Positions 1 through 9,030 of a DNA stretch of 64,000 bases are shown here, one piece after another. The stretch is from Candidatus Pelagibacter sp. GTDB taxonomy: Bacteria; Pseudomonadota; Alphaproteobacteria; Pelagibacterales; Pelagibacteraceae. Position 1 is the first letter of the stretch. Every line of letters begins with the position of its first letter. The DNA is taken from assembly GCF_052049935.1 (NCBI RefSeq), contig NZ_JBNGZA010000002.1, positions 19,977 through 83,976 of the forward strand. The letters are read 5' to 3'. The notes beneath the pieces are model-generated. The model made no database searches. It saw nothing but the letters and a program-made list of their open reading frames with translations, and had not been told where the DNA came from. A program made the translations under genes and the position numbers.

Positions 1-21
1 GCTATATAAAGTTTTTTCAAG

Positions 22-612
22 TTAGTTAAATTTATGATTAAGAACACATGCAACTATATGAATTCTGTCTTCTTCCCCACCATTGAAAAAATTATGATAC
101 TTAGTGTTGTTTGTAATCCACGCATGACCATCAGCAGGCATGTGTTTAGCAACATTATCAATAACCATAATGCAGCCTGGGTTAGTAATAATTGGAATGT
201 GTAATCTGGGTTCTGGATCTCTATGCCAGCTAAGTGTAGATCTTGGTTGTTTAAGTAAAATCCTTACTCGTCCAAGTTTATATTTTTTTGATAACGCTTC
301 ATAAACATCCTTAAAGTATGTATCTTTATAATCATCAATAAATTCTGAATATTTTTCTTCATCAACAGTTACATCTCTAGTCACCTCTTTACCCGAAGAA
401 TCTGGTTTTGTCCAAAACACACCTCTAGCTTTATGACCTTTGATAGAATCTGGATCACCAGGTATTTGAGTTAATGAAATTGCTCCAAAATTTGTTATTT
501 CCCCTGGAGACTCAAAATTTTTAATTTTGATTACCTCTTTATAAGCTGTTTGAAGTTTTTCTACGTCAAATTTGATATCAAGCTTTAAAAAATCATTAAA
601 ATTTAAACTCAT
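22..612 (-). CDS. Aspartyl/asparaginyl beta-hydroxylase-like Fe(II)/2-oxoglutarate dioxygenase, substrate unknown
   Basis: HxD (WHRD), then RLHIPIITN, a distal His and Arg (YHNFFNGGEEDRIHIV): jelly-roll 2OG-dioxygenase motifs; no TM segment. Confidence 0.75.
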   Translation of the reverse strand: MSLNFNDFLKLDIKFDVEKLQTAYKEVIKIKNFESPGEITNFGAISLTQIPGDPDSIKGHKARGVFWTKPDSSGKEVTRDVTVDEEKYSEFIDDYKDTYFKDVYEALSKKYKLGRVRILLKQPRSTLSWHRDPEPRLHIPIITNPGCIMVIDNVAKHMPADGHAWITNNTKYHNFFNGGEEDRIHIVACVLNHKFN

Positions 613-639
613 GGTTTTTGTAATACAATTTTTGAAATT

Positions 640-674
640 TAATTGTATAATACATTTGTCGCATTATACAATTA
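640..674. promoter_or_regulatory. 12-bp perfect inverted repeat (TAATTGTATAAT-N11-ATTATACAATTA) carrying face-to-face TATAAT -10 boxes
   Basis: Read directly in the 68-bp divergent spacer between the dioxygenase and hemB. Confidence 0.5.
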
Positions 675-680
675 CATTAT

Positions 681-1670
681 ATGATAACTGGAAATTATCC
701 AAATCTTAGACTTAGAAGAAACAGAAAACAACCCTGGATTAGGAGATTAGTTCAAGAAAATACTCTAAGTCCAAATGACTTTATTTTACCGATATTTTTA
801 ATCGACGGTAAAAACAAAAAAGAAAAAGTAAAATCGATGCCAGATGTTTATAGATATTCAATAAACAGATTAAATCAGATTATAGATAAAGCCCTTAAAC
901 TTAAGGTTCCAATGGTTGCTCTTTTTCCTAAAACAAATGAAAAACTTAAAAATGAAATTGGTACAGAAGCTTTAAATGAAAATAATTTAGTTTGTAAAGC
1001 AATAGTTGAAATAAAAAAAAGGTACAAAAACCAAATTGGAATAATGTGCGATGTAGCTCTTGATCCTTATACTTCACATGGACATGATGGATTAATCAGA
1101 TCTAATCAAATAATCAATGACGAAACAATAGAAGTTTTGGTTAATCAATCCCTATTACAAGCTGAAATGGGATGTGATGTCCTCGCTCCTTCAGATATGA
1201 TGGACGGCCGTATTAGAAAAATAAGAAATGCATTAGACAAAAATAATTTTAAAGATGTCCAATTGCTTTCATATGCAGCAAAATATGCTTCAAGTTTTTA
1301 TGGACCATTCAGAGATGCTGTTGGATCAAATAAGTTTTTAAAAGGAGATAAAAAAACCTACCAAATGGATTTTCGAAACACTGATGAATCTTTAAGAGAA
1401 ATAGCTTTAGATATAAAAGAAGGTGCAGATATGGTTATGGTAAAACCAGGTTTGCCTTATCTTGACATCATTAAAGGAATTAAAGAAAAATTTAGGATAC
1501 CAGTTTTTGCATACCAAGTGTCAGGAGAATACAGTTTGATAGCGCATGCAATTAAATCAAAAATATTAAAAGAAGATGTAATTTTTGAATCTTTAATGGC
1601 ATTTAAAAGAGCGGGTGCAAACGCAATTGTAAGCTACTATGCTGATAGACTTGATAAAATTTTAAAATAA
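681..1670 (+). CDS. hemB: Porphobilinogen synthase (delta-aminolevulinate dehydratase)
   Basis: DVALDPYTSHGHDG, APSDMMDGR, SYAAKYASSFYGPFRDA, MVMVKPG, AYQVSGEY. Confidence 0.98.
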   Translation: MITGNYPNLRLRRNRKQPWIRRLVQENTLSPNDFILPIFLIDGKNKKEKVKSMPDVYRYSINRLNQIIDKALKLKVPMVALFPKTNEKLKNEIGTEALNENNLVCKAIVEIKKRYKNQIGIMCDVALDPYTSHGHDGLIRSNQIINDETIEVLVNQSLLQAEMGCDVLAPSDMMDGRIRKIRNALDKNNFKDVQLLSYAAKYASSFYGPFRDAVGSNKFLKGDKKTYQMDFRNTDESLREIALDIKEGADMVMVKPGLPYLDIIKGIKEKFRIPVFAYQVSGEYSLIAHAIKSKILKEDVIFESLMAFKRAGANAIVSYYADRLDKILK

Positions 1671-2348
1671 TTATTGAATAGAGTTAATAAAAGAAACTCT
1701 ATTTTTTGGGAATGATAAATTATTAGGTCTGAGTATAGATTTTTCCAAAAAGTCTCCAACTAACTTTAGTCCAGCCAATAATTCTTTAGTTTCTGCTATA
1801 ATATTTTTTTCAATTAAAAAATTTGGTACTTTTCTTTTTTCAAATGATGACTGTGTAGAATATTCAATATTGTTATTATTAATTTCTTTTTTTACAAATT
1901 TTTCTAATTCTAAATCATATCCAAGAAGACTAAATAGTTCTAATTCCCAGTAAATATAATTTTGTATCCAGTTTTCTGATTTTAATAATTTAAAAAAATT
2001 ATCAATCAAATCGTAAATTTTTAAATTTTTTTGAGCCTCAGCATTAAGAATTTTTATTAATTGCATTGCTGAAATTAAACAATTTAGTTTTTCTTTATTA
2101 TCAAAAAAAAAGGGTGAAGAAGCTTCAATAATTTCAAACTTAAAGTAACCTATTCTATTCTCATTTTTAGAATTATAATTTGCAAATAATTTATTACCGA
2201 TTTGTAAATAATTTTTAATCTTCTTGGAAGAACCCCCATAAACAACTCCAGATACTTTGCCGTGATTTTTAGTAAACAATTCAACAATTAAAGAATTTTC
2301 ACTATATTTATTTTTTGAAATTAAATAGCCTGTGTCATCCCAAATCAT
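1671..2348 (-). CDS. recO: DNA repair protein RecO
   Basis: N-terminal OB fold (WDDTGYLIS...YSENSLIVELFTKNHGKVSGVVYGG); position after rnc. Confidence 0.9.
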   Translation of the reverse strand: MIWDDTGYLISKNKYSENSLIVELFTKNHGKVSGVVYGGSSKKIKNYLQIGNKLFANYNSKNENRIGYFKFEIIEASSPFFFDNKEKLNCLISAMQLIKILNAEAQKNLKIYDLIDNFFKLLKSENWIQNYIYWELELFSLLGYDLELEKFVKKEINNNNIEYSTQSSFEKRKVPNFLIEKNIIAETKELLAGLKLVGDFLEKSILRPNNLSFPKNRVSFINSIQ

Positions 2349-3010
2349 AAATCTAAACTATTGAGACATTTAATTGCAGCATTTTGTTCTGCAATTTTTT
2401 TTGAACTTCCTTCAGCAATAAAATTTTTTGAATTATGAATTTTAACACTAACTTTAATGATTGGTTTATGTCTTGGGCCAGTATTAGAAATCATTTTGTA
2501 TTCAGGAAGTTTTTTATATTTCTTTAATGAAAATTCTTGAAGTTGAGTTTTTGCATCTATCAATGTTACTTTACTTTGAGAAATTTCTTCTTCCCATAGA
2601 TCTAAAATAAATTTTTCTACAACATTAAAACCTCTATCCAAATAAATTGCACCAATTAGAGCCTCGCAACTATCTGAAATTACTTTATCTTGAGGTGGAG
2701 TTTTTGCTTTATCAGAGTTTAATGTAAGAATGAATTTATCTAAATTTATTTTTTTTGCTATTTGTAAACATGTATTTTTATTTACTAATGATGCAAATTT
2801 TTTATCTAGCACACCCTCTTTTTCTTTAGGGTACAGGTCTAATAATTTTTTTGAAATAACCAATCCAAGAACTCTGTCTCCTAAAAATTCAAGTTTTTCA
2901 TTATTTTCTTTAGAGTTAAAACTTTTATGAGTTAAAGATTTAACAAGTTTATTTTTATCTTTAAATTCAATATTGATTTTTTTTTCTAGAAGATTGTGAT
3001 TAATTTTCAT
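2345..3010 (-). CDS. rnc: Ribonuclease III
   Basis: LTHKS, NEKLEFLGD signature, SDSCEALIGAIYLD, C-terminal dsRBD (DAKTQLQE...GPRH). Confidence 0.97.
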   Translation of the reverse strand: MKINHNLLEKKINIEFKDKNKLVKSLTHKSFNSKENNEKLEFLGDRVLGLVISKKLLDLYPKEKEGVLDKKFASLVNKNTCLQIAKKINLDKFILTLNSDKAKTPPQDKVISDSCEALIGAIYLDRGFNVVEKFILDLWEEEISQSKVTLIDAKTQLQEFSLKKYKKLPEYKMISNTGPRHKPIIKVSVKIHNSKNFIAEGSSKKIAEQNAAIKCLNSLDL

Positions 3011-3744
3011 TTTATCTTTTTAAAGAATCTATCAAACCTGATTGATTGAGGCCATTTCCAAAATTCAAAAAAATAACCAATATTTTTATCTGATGAAAAA
3101 AATATAAATTGAGCTTTCCCGATAAGATTATCTTTATGAACGTACCCAACACTTGATAAAAATCTGCTATCTTTAGAACAGTCTCTGTTATCTCCTAAAA
3201 AAAAATAATGATCATCAGGGACAGAGAATAAATCTGAATTTTGAAAACTATAGTTTTTTAAATAAACTGTTTTGTGGTTTTTGTTATTAGGTAAATTTTC
3301 TTCAAATGTAAAAACTTCAATTGCATTATTACCACAATAAATGACATCATTTTTGGAAATCCTAGACTTAAATATTTCATTATTATTTAAATATAAATTT
3401 GAATTAATAAATTGAATTTTATCTCCAGGTAAACCAATTAGTCTCTTTATATAATCTGTTCTATTATCAGCTGGTGTTTTAAACACAATTACATCCCCTC
3501 TTTTAGGTTCACTAAACATTACTCTGCCTTTAAAGATAGGTGGGCTAAAAGGAAATGAATGTTTACTGTATCCATATGAATATTTAGTTACAAATAATCG
3601 ATCACCAACTAGTAATGTGGGTTCCATAGAAGATGAAGGAATATAAAATGGTTGTAAAAAAATTGACCTTATAAAAACAGCTATAACAAGTGCATAAAAT
3701 AATGTTTTTATATTTTCACTAAAAAAGTATTTATCTAATTTCAT
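3007..3744 (-). CDS. lepB: Signal peptidase I
   Basis: IPSSSMEPTL (catalytic Ser), YIKRLIGLPGD (catalytic Lys), GDNRDCSKDSR. Confidence 0.97.
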   Translation of the reverse strand: MKLDKYFFSENIKTLFYALVIAVFIRSIFLQPFYIPSSSMEPTLLVGDRLFVTKYSYGYSKHSFPFSPPIFKGRVMFSEPKRGDVIVFKTPADNRTDYIKRLIGLPGDKIQFINSNLYLNNNEIFKSRISKNDVIYCGNNAIEVFTFEENLPNNKNHKTVYLKNYSFQNSDLFSVPDDHYFFLGDNRDCSKDSRFLSSVGYVHKDNLIGKAQFIFFSSDKNIGYFFEFWKWPQSIRFDRFFKKIK

Positions 3745-4127
3745 TTTTTTTGTATAGTTGCGAAAGCTATTGAATAAGACTTCTCATCTGATAATGAAAG
3801 AAATAAATCTAAAGATTTTGAATTTGAAATTTTTTTTAAGATTTTCTTTATTTTATTATTCATATTGTAATAAGGTTTACCTAAATTATCGTTTAATATT
3901 TCAATATCTTTAAAGTTTAAATTTTTCCTAAAACCAGTTCCTAAAGCTTTAACAAATGCTTCTTTAGCAGCAAATCTTTTGGCATAAAAATTAACTCTAT
4001 TTTTTACCGTTTTAGAAGTATTAATTTCTTTAGCCGTATAAACTCTTTTAATAAAGTTTTGATTTCTTATAGATTTTTTAATTCTATTATTATCGATTAT
4101 ATCAACACCGATACCAATTATTTTCAT
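3741..4127 (-). CDS. acpS: Holo-[acyl-carrier-protein] synthase
   Basis: GIGVDI and RFAAKEAFVKALGTG motifs. Confidence 0.96.
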   Translation of the reverse strand: MKIIGIGVDIIDNNRIKKSIRNQNFIKRVYTAKEINTSKTVKNRVNFYAKRFAAKEAFVKALGTGFRKNLNFKDIEILNDNLGKPYYNMNNKIKKILKKISNSKSLDLFLSLSDEKSYSIAFATIQKK

Positions 4128-4849
4128 TAATTATTTCTAATTATCTTTTTAAATTTCTTTATTACTTTTGGTAGACCATCAAAAACGGATTCCCCAATAA
4201 TAAAATGTCCAATATTAAATTCTTTTATTTCTTTAATTTTACAAAGTAATTTTGTAACTTTATAATCTAATCCATGTCCAGCATGCACCTCTATACCTAA
4301 TTCTTTAGCCAATCGAGCACATTTTTTTATTCTTAAAAATTCTTTTTGGTATTTTTTCTTTGCTTTAACTAAATTTGCTAATTTACCAGTATGTATTTCA
4401 ATGCAATGAACATCTAGTTTTTTTGACAAATAGATATCACTTATATTTGCATCAATGAACAAGCTCGTTCTTATATTTTTTTGTTTAAAGCGTTTTATAA
4501 TAGAGCTTAATTTATTTTTATTTCTTTTGAGATTTAAACCACCTTCAGTGGTAACTTCTTTTCTGTTTTCTGGAACAATGCAAATATAATTTGGAGAAAT
4601 TTTTATTGCTTTCTTAACAATTTCAGGGTTCATAGATATTTCTAAATTAACTAGAATATTTTTTTGATTACAAATATCTAAAGCGTCATTATCATTTATG
4701 TGTCTTCTATCTTCTCTCAAATGAATAGTGACTGAGTCTGCACCATATTTCGTAACAAATTTAGAAGCAAAAAGTGGATCAGGATGTTTTTCACCCCTAG
4801 CATTTCTAATTGTTGCTATATGATCTATATTTACACCCAATCTTTTCAT
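4127..4849 (-). CDS. pdxJ: Pyridoxine 5'-phosphate synthase
   Basis: LGVNIDHIATIRNAR, HLREDRRHI, TTEGG, HAGHGL, NIGH. Confidence 0.97.
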   Translation of the reverse strand: MKRLGVNIDHIATIRNARGEKHPDPLFASKFVTKYGADSVTIHLREDRRHINDNDALDICNQKNILVNLEISMNPEIVKKAIKISPNYICIVPENRKEVTTEGGLNLKRNKNKLSSIIKRFKQKNIRTSLFIDANISDIYLSKKLDVHCIEIHTGKLANLVKAKKKYQKEFLRIKKCARLAKELGIEVHAGHGLDYKVTKLLCKIKEIKEFNIGHFIIGESVFDGLPKVIKKFKKIIRNN

Positions 4850-5433
4850 TTAAGAAATCTACTTCCAGGCTTAGTTATTTTAATGTTTCGAAGTTCATCA
4901 GGTAGTTCATTTTTTTTATATGTTGGTACTTCAATTTTTAAATGTGAAATTATTTTTGATTTTATCTTTAATGATTTTTTTGAAGATCTATTAATTATTG
5001 ATGCAAAACCTAAATGTTTTGCTTTAGATTTTTTTATCAATTTTACGCATTCTAAACTTGATTTTCCAGTTGTTATTACATCTTCTATTATTAGAACTCT
5101 AGAATTCTTCTTGATATTAAAACCTCTTCTAAGTTTGAATTTACCATCTACTCTTTCACAAAAAATTGTTTCCTTTTTTAGAAGTCGTCCAATTTCATAT
5201 CCAATGATCACTCCACCCATAGCTGGTGCAAGTATTAAATCTATTTTTTTAAAATTCTTTTTAATTTTCTTTGCTAATGACTCACATATATCTTTTGATA
5301 AGTGTGGATAACTTAATAACTTTGCACATTGAATATATTTTGGAGAATGTAAGCCAGATGATAAAACGAAATGTCCTTCTAATAATGCATTAGTCTTTTT
5401 TAAAATACTTAAGGATTTTTTGTGTGAAAGCAT
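4846..5433 (-). CDS. pyrE: Orotate phosphoribosyltransferase
   Basis: GHFVLSSGLHS, APAMGG, PRPP loop IIEDVITTGKS; start overlaps spoT end by 44 bp. Confidence 0.95.
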   Translation of the reverse strand: MLSHKKSLSILKKTNALLEGHFVLSSGLHSPKYIQCAKLLSYPHLSKDICESLAKKIKKNFKKIDLILAPAMGGVIIGYEIGRLLKKETIFCERVDGKFKLRRGFNIKKNSRVLIIEDVITTGKSSLECVKLIKKSKAKHLGFASIINRSSKKSLKIKSKIISHLKIEVPTYKKNELPDELRNIKITKPGSRFLK

Positions 5434-7135
5434 TTCTTTTTTCTTCGTGTCTAATTATTTTAAATTTTATATTCTTTTGTTTTAGTTCTGCAATAAAATT
5501 AGTAAAATTTTTCAGATCTCTGATTATTAATTGAAATTTAAAATTGATATAATTAGGGTTTTTACCGACCATCTCAACTTTTGAAATATTTAACTTATGG
5601 TCACCTATTAGAGTTGTAATGTCACCTAATTGACCAGGTTTATCTGGGAGTGATATCCATAGAGTTGTGTTATATTTTTTAATTCTTTCTTCTTTTTGTT
5701 CACCTTTATCGTGCCAATAACGTCTTATAGCAGCTCTTGCTTTTCCAGTTTTTGTAATTGGTATCCAATGTAAAGAAGGAGAATGGTTTTTTGATGTAAT
5801 AATATTTACTCTATCACCATTTCTTAAAATCGACTGAAGTTCACTTTTATTTCCATTTATTTCACATCCAATCGTACTATTACCAATAGTAGTATGAACC
5901 GCATATGCAAAATCAATTGGGGTCGCGTCTTTCGGTAACTTAATTACAGATCCTTTAGGTGTAAAGCAGAACACGTTTTCTTGGAACATTTGTAATTTAG
6001 TGTATTCATAAGAATGTTCTGGATTTTCATTTTTTTCTATAATCTCAACTAAATCTTTCAACCAATCGTATTCTTTCCAACTAACAGAATTAAATTTTTC
6101 TGATGATTTGTACTGCCAATGAGAAGCAATTCCTCTTTCAGCAAATTCATGCATAGACATAGTTCTTATTTGAATTTCAATTGGTTTTTGATTGGGTCCA
6201 ATAACTGATGTATGTATCGATTTATACCCATTTATTTTTGGAGAAGAAATGTAATCTTTAAATTTTCCTGGAACACAATTCCATTTTTTATGGAATATTC
6301 CTAAAGTTTTGTAACAATCATCAACCGTATTTAAAATTATTCTAAACCCAATGATATCGGTTATTTGTTCTAACGAGACTCTTTTTTTTTGAACTTTTCT
6401 CCAAATAGAAAATGGAGTTTTTTCTCGTCCATAAATTTCGGCGTAAATTTTATGATCATTTAATAATTCGGTTAACTCTACTGATAGCGTTTCAAATGTA
6501 TCTTTTTTGTCTTCTTTAATTTCATCTAATTTATTTTTTATTAATGTTCTTGCCTGATTGTTAAGAATTTTAAAGGACAGGTCTTCAAGTTCATCTCGAA
6601 TTCGATGCATACCCATTCTATCTGCAAGAGGTGCATAAATTTCCATTGTCTCTTGTGCTATACGTTTTCTTTTTTCTTCCTTGGTAATTGCATCAATAGT
6701 TCTCATATTATGAAGTCTGTCAGCAATTTTGACGAGTAATACCCTAATATCTTTAGATGTAGCTAAAATTAACTTTCTAAAATTTTCAGCTTTTGAACTT
6801 GAAGCTGCAGTATTTTCAAACACAGAAATTTTTGTAACTCCCTCTACTAAATCTGCCACTTCTTCTCCAAATTCATTTTTAATAGTTTCATATGTTGCAT
6901 AAGTGTCTTCAATAGTATCGTGAAGTAAGCCAGTCGCTATAGTAGCACTATCTAATTTCAATTCAGTAAGTATATTGGCTACGGCGATTGGGTGAACTGA
7001 ATATGGATCACCGGAAGCACGTTTTTGATCTTTGTGAGCTTTCACTGCAAAATTGTATGCTTTATCCAATTTTTCAGGATTAAGAAATTTATTGTAGATT
7101 TTAATTTTATTAATTAACTCTTCGGAATTAATCAT
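5390..7135 (-). CDS. spoT: Bifunctional (p)ppGpp synthetase/hydrolase (RSH), shortened C-terminal region
   Basis: HKDQKRASGDPYSVHP, LLHDTIED (HD), KIADRLHNMRT, KDYIS/GYKSIHT, EIQIRT, TGS (FTPKG...DFAYAVHT), terminal ACT. Confidence 0.96.
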   Translation of the reverse strand: MINSEELINKIKIYNKFLNPEKLDKAYNFAVKAHKDQKRASGDPYSVHPIAVANILTELKLDSATIATGLLHDTIEDTYATYETIKNEFGEEVADLVEGVTKISVFENTAASSSKAENFRKLILATSKDIRVLLVKIADRLHNMRTIDAITKEEKRKRIAQETMEIYAPLADRMGMHRIRDELEDLSFKILNNQARTLIKNKLDEIKEDKKDTFETLSVELTELLNDHKIYAEIYGREKTPFSIWRKVQKKRVSLEQITDIIGFRIILNTVDDCYKTLGIFHKKWNCVPGKFKDYISSPKINGYKSIHTSVIGPNQKPIEIQIRTMSMHEFAERGIASHWQYKSSEKFNSVSWKEYDWLKDLVEIIEKNENPEHSYEYTKLQMFQENVFCFTPKGSVIKLPKDATPIDFAYAVHTTIGNSTIGCEINGNKSELQSILRNGDRVNIITSKNHSPSLHWIPITKTGKARAAIRRYWHDKGEQKEERIKKYNTTLWISLPDKPGQLGDITTLIGDHKLNISKVEMVGKNPNYINFKFQLIIRDLKNFTNFIAELKQKNIKFKIIRHEEKRNAFTQKILKYFKKD

Positions 7136-7141
7136 TTAAAC

Positions 7142-7150
7142 ATTATAGCA
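7142..7150 (-). promoter_or_regulatory. Extended -10 promoter TGCTATAAT, 6 nt upstream of the spoT ATG
   Basis: Perfect TGn-TATAAT on the minus strand at 7150-7142. Confidence 0.65.
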
Positions 7151-7155
7151 CCAAT

Positions 7156-7668
7156 TTAAATTTGTTTAATACTTCTTATGTCTTTATTTGGAAGTTGATT
7201 GATCAAATCTTTAATATTTCTCTTTAATTTTGGGTGTTTCCAATCTTTTTGGATTTCATACAAAGGAATTAAAACAAAACTTCTTTGATGCATCAATGTA
7301 TGAGGGAGAAGAATATCTTTATTGAGAATTAAACCATCATAATCAATAATATCTATATCGCATTCTCTTGGATCATTTTTTTTTCTTTTTTTTCTTCCTA
7401 ATTCTCTCTCAATTTTCTTACATAATTCTAATAATTTTTGAGGTGATAAATATGTTTTTATCTTTAAAACTATATTAATAAATTTTGGTTTTTTAGGATT
7501 TGGCCAAGATGGTGTTTCATAATTACTTGAGCATTTTATTATTTCTATATTTTCTAAATGAAGTTTAAATTTTGATAATTCTATATTTCTATTTCTGTTA
7601 CCTAAGTTTGAACCAATCCCTAAAAAAACAGTCTTAACTTGATTTTCTGATATATCTTGCTTTATCAC
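7156..7668 (-). CDS. folK: 2-amino-4-hydroxy-6-hydroxymethyldihydropteridine diphosphokinase
   Basis: [28 protein letters not shown]...RSFVLIPL. Start moved from ORF-track 7734 to in-frame GTG 7668 to cut the smpB overlap (start is an inference). Confidence 0.93.
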   Translation of the reverse strand: MIKQDISENQVKTVFLGIGSNLGNRNRNIELSKFKLHLENIEIIKCSSNYETPSWPNPKKPKFINIVLKIKTYLSPQKLLELCKKIERELGRKKRKKNDPRECDIDIIDYDGLILNKDILLPHTLMHQRSFVLIPLYEIQKDWKHPKLKRNIKDLINQLPNKDIRSIKQI

Positions 7669-8104
7669 GATTCCAATCTCTTGTTTTTTTAGTTGCTCTT
7701 TTATCGTATTGTTTTTTCCCTTTTGCCACTGCAATCTCTATTTTAGCTTTACCTTTTTTAAAATACATTTTTGTAGGCACTAAAGTAAAGCCATCTCTTT
7801 GCATTTTGCCAATTAATTTATTTATTTCTTTTTTATTAAGTAATAATTTTCTTTCATCCAAAGGTTTATGGTTTGAGTAACTTGCTTGTTTATATGTAGC
7901 AATATGAGAATTGATTAATATTATCTCACCATTTTTTTCGACAGCATAAGAGTCAGCAATATTAACTTTTCCGTCTCTAACAGATTTTATTTCTGAACCT
8001 TTTAAAACAATTCCTGCTTCAAAAAGATCTTCAAAAAAATAATTAAAACTTGCTTTTCTATTTAAGCATATAATTTTTAAACCAGAATTGGTTTTTTTGT
8101 TCAT
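7634..8104 (-). CDS. smpB: SsrA-binding protein
   Basis: [34 protein letters not shown]. Confidence 0.97.
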   Translation of the reverse strand: MNKKTNSGLKIICLNRKASFNYFFEDLFEAGIVLKGSEIKSVRDGKVNIADSYAVEKNGEIILINSHIATYKQASYSNHKPLDERKLLLNKKEINKLIGKMQRDGFTLVPTKMYFKKGKAKIEIAVAKGKKQYDKRATKKTRDWNRDKARYIRKSS

Positions 8105-8988
8105 TACAACAATTTAGCTGAAACTAATGCTTTTTTGACTTTGTCTTGAGTATTTGATGTTACTTTTACTAATGGCAATCTTACACTATCATCGCAAAGA
8201 CCTAAAAGTTTTGCTGCATATTTAACTGGGCTAGGATTACTCTCAACAAACATTGAATGATGTATTGGTTGCAAAATCTTATCTAACTTTGCAGCCTCAT
8301 TTTGAGACTCTTTATTATCTCTTTCATTTGAAAATTTTTGAAACTGTGAACAAATTTTTGGTGCAATATTTGCTGTTACACTTATAGCCCCAACTCCTCC
8401 TCTTTTGTTAAATTCTAAAGCATTGTCATCATTGCCAGTTAATTGAATAAAATCTTTTCCCATTTTTTTTAATTGTTGATCAACTCTATTTAGATCTCCT
8501 GTAGCGTCTTTAACACCAACAATATTTTTTAATTCATAGAGACTTGCCATAGTGTCCACTGACATATCTATTACTGACCTACCAGGAATGTTATAAATTA
8601 TAATCGGCAAACCAGAGCTATCATTAATAGCTTTATAATGTTGATAAAGTCCTTCTTGAGTTGGTTTATTATAATATGGAGTAACAATTAATGCACCGTC
8701 TGCACCTGCTTTCTCAGCATGTTTAGTGAGAGATATTGCTTCTTCAGTTGAATTAGAGCCGGTTCCGGCTATGACGGGTATTTTACCTTTGCTTTCTTGA
8801 ATACACAAATCGATCACTTTTTGATGCTCTTCATGATTTAATGTTGGTGACTCGCCAGTTGTTCCAGCAGGAACTAAACCATTTGTTCCATTTTTTATAT
8901 GAAAATGAATTAATTTTACATACGCTTCTTCATCTAATTTATTGTTAATGAAGGGCGTAATTAATGCAACATTTGATCCTTTGAACAT
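8104..8988 (-). CDS. dapA: 4-hydroxy-tetrahydrodipicolinate synthase
   Basis: [34 protein letters not shown]. Confidence 0.97.
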   Translation of the reverse strand: MFKGSNVALITPFINNKLDEEAYVKLIHFHIKNGTNGLVPAGTTGESPTLNHEEHQKVIDLCIQESKGKIPVIAGTGSNSTEEAISLTKHAEKAGADGALIVTPYYNKPTQEGLYQHYKAINDSSGLPIIIYNIPGRSVIDMSVDTMASLYELKNIVGVKDATGDLNRVDQQLKKMGKDFIQLTGNDDNALEFNKRGGVGAISVTANIAPKICSQFQKFSNERDNKESQNEAAKLDKILQPIHHSMFVESNPSPVKYAAKLLGLCDDSVRLPLVKVTSNTQDKVKKALVSAKLL

Positions 8989-9030
8989 AAATACTTATAA
9001 CATAGTTTAAAGATTCATTTAGTAAAAAAC

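Noticed and set aside
4784-5311. 175-aa plus-strand ORF
   Set aside because: Antisense shadow of pyrE; no recognisable motifs
7669-7734. ORF-track N-terminal extensions of folK, gatC, yqgF, ugd and rpsN
   Set aside because: They overlap neighbouring genes or promoters; downstream starts fit family lengths and SD or promoter positions better
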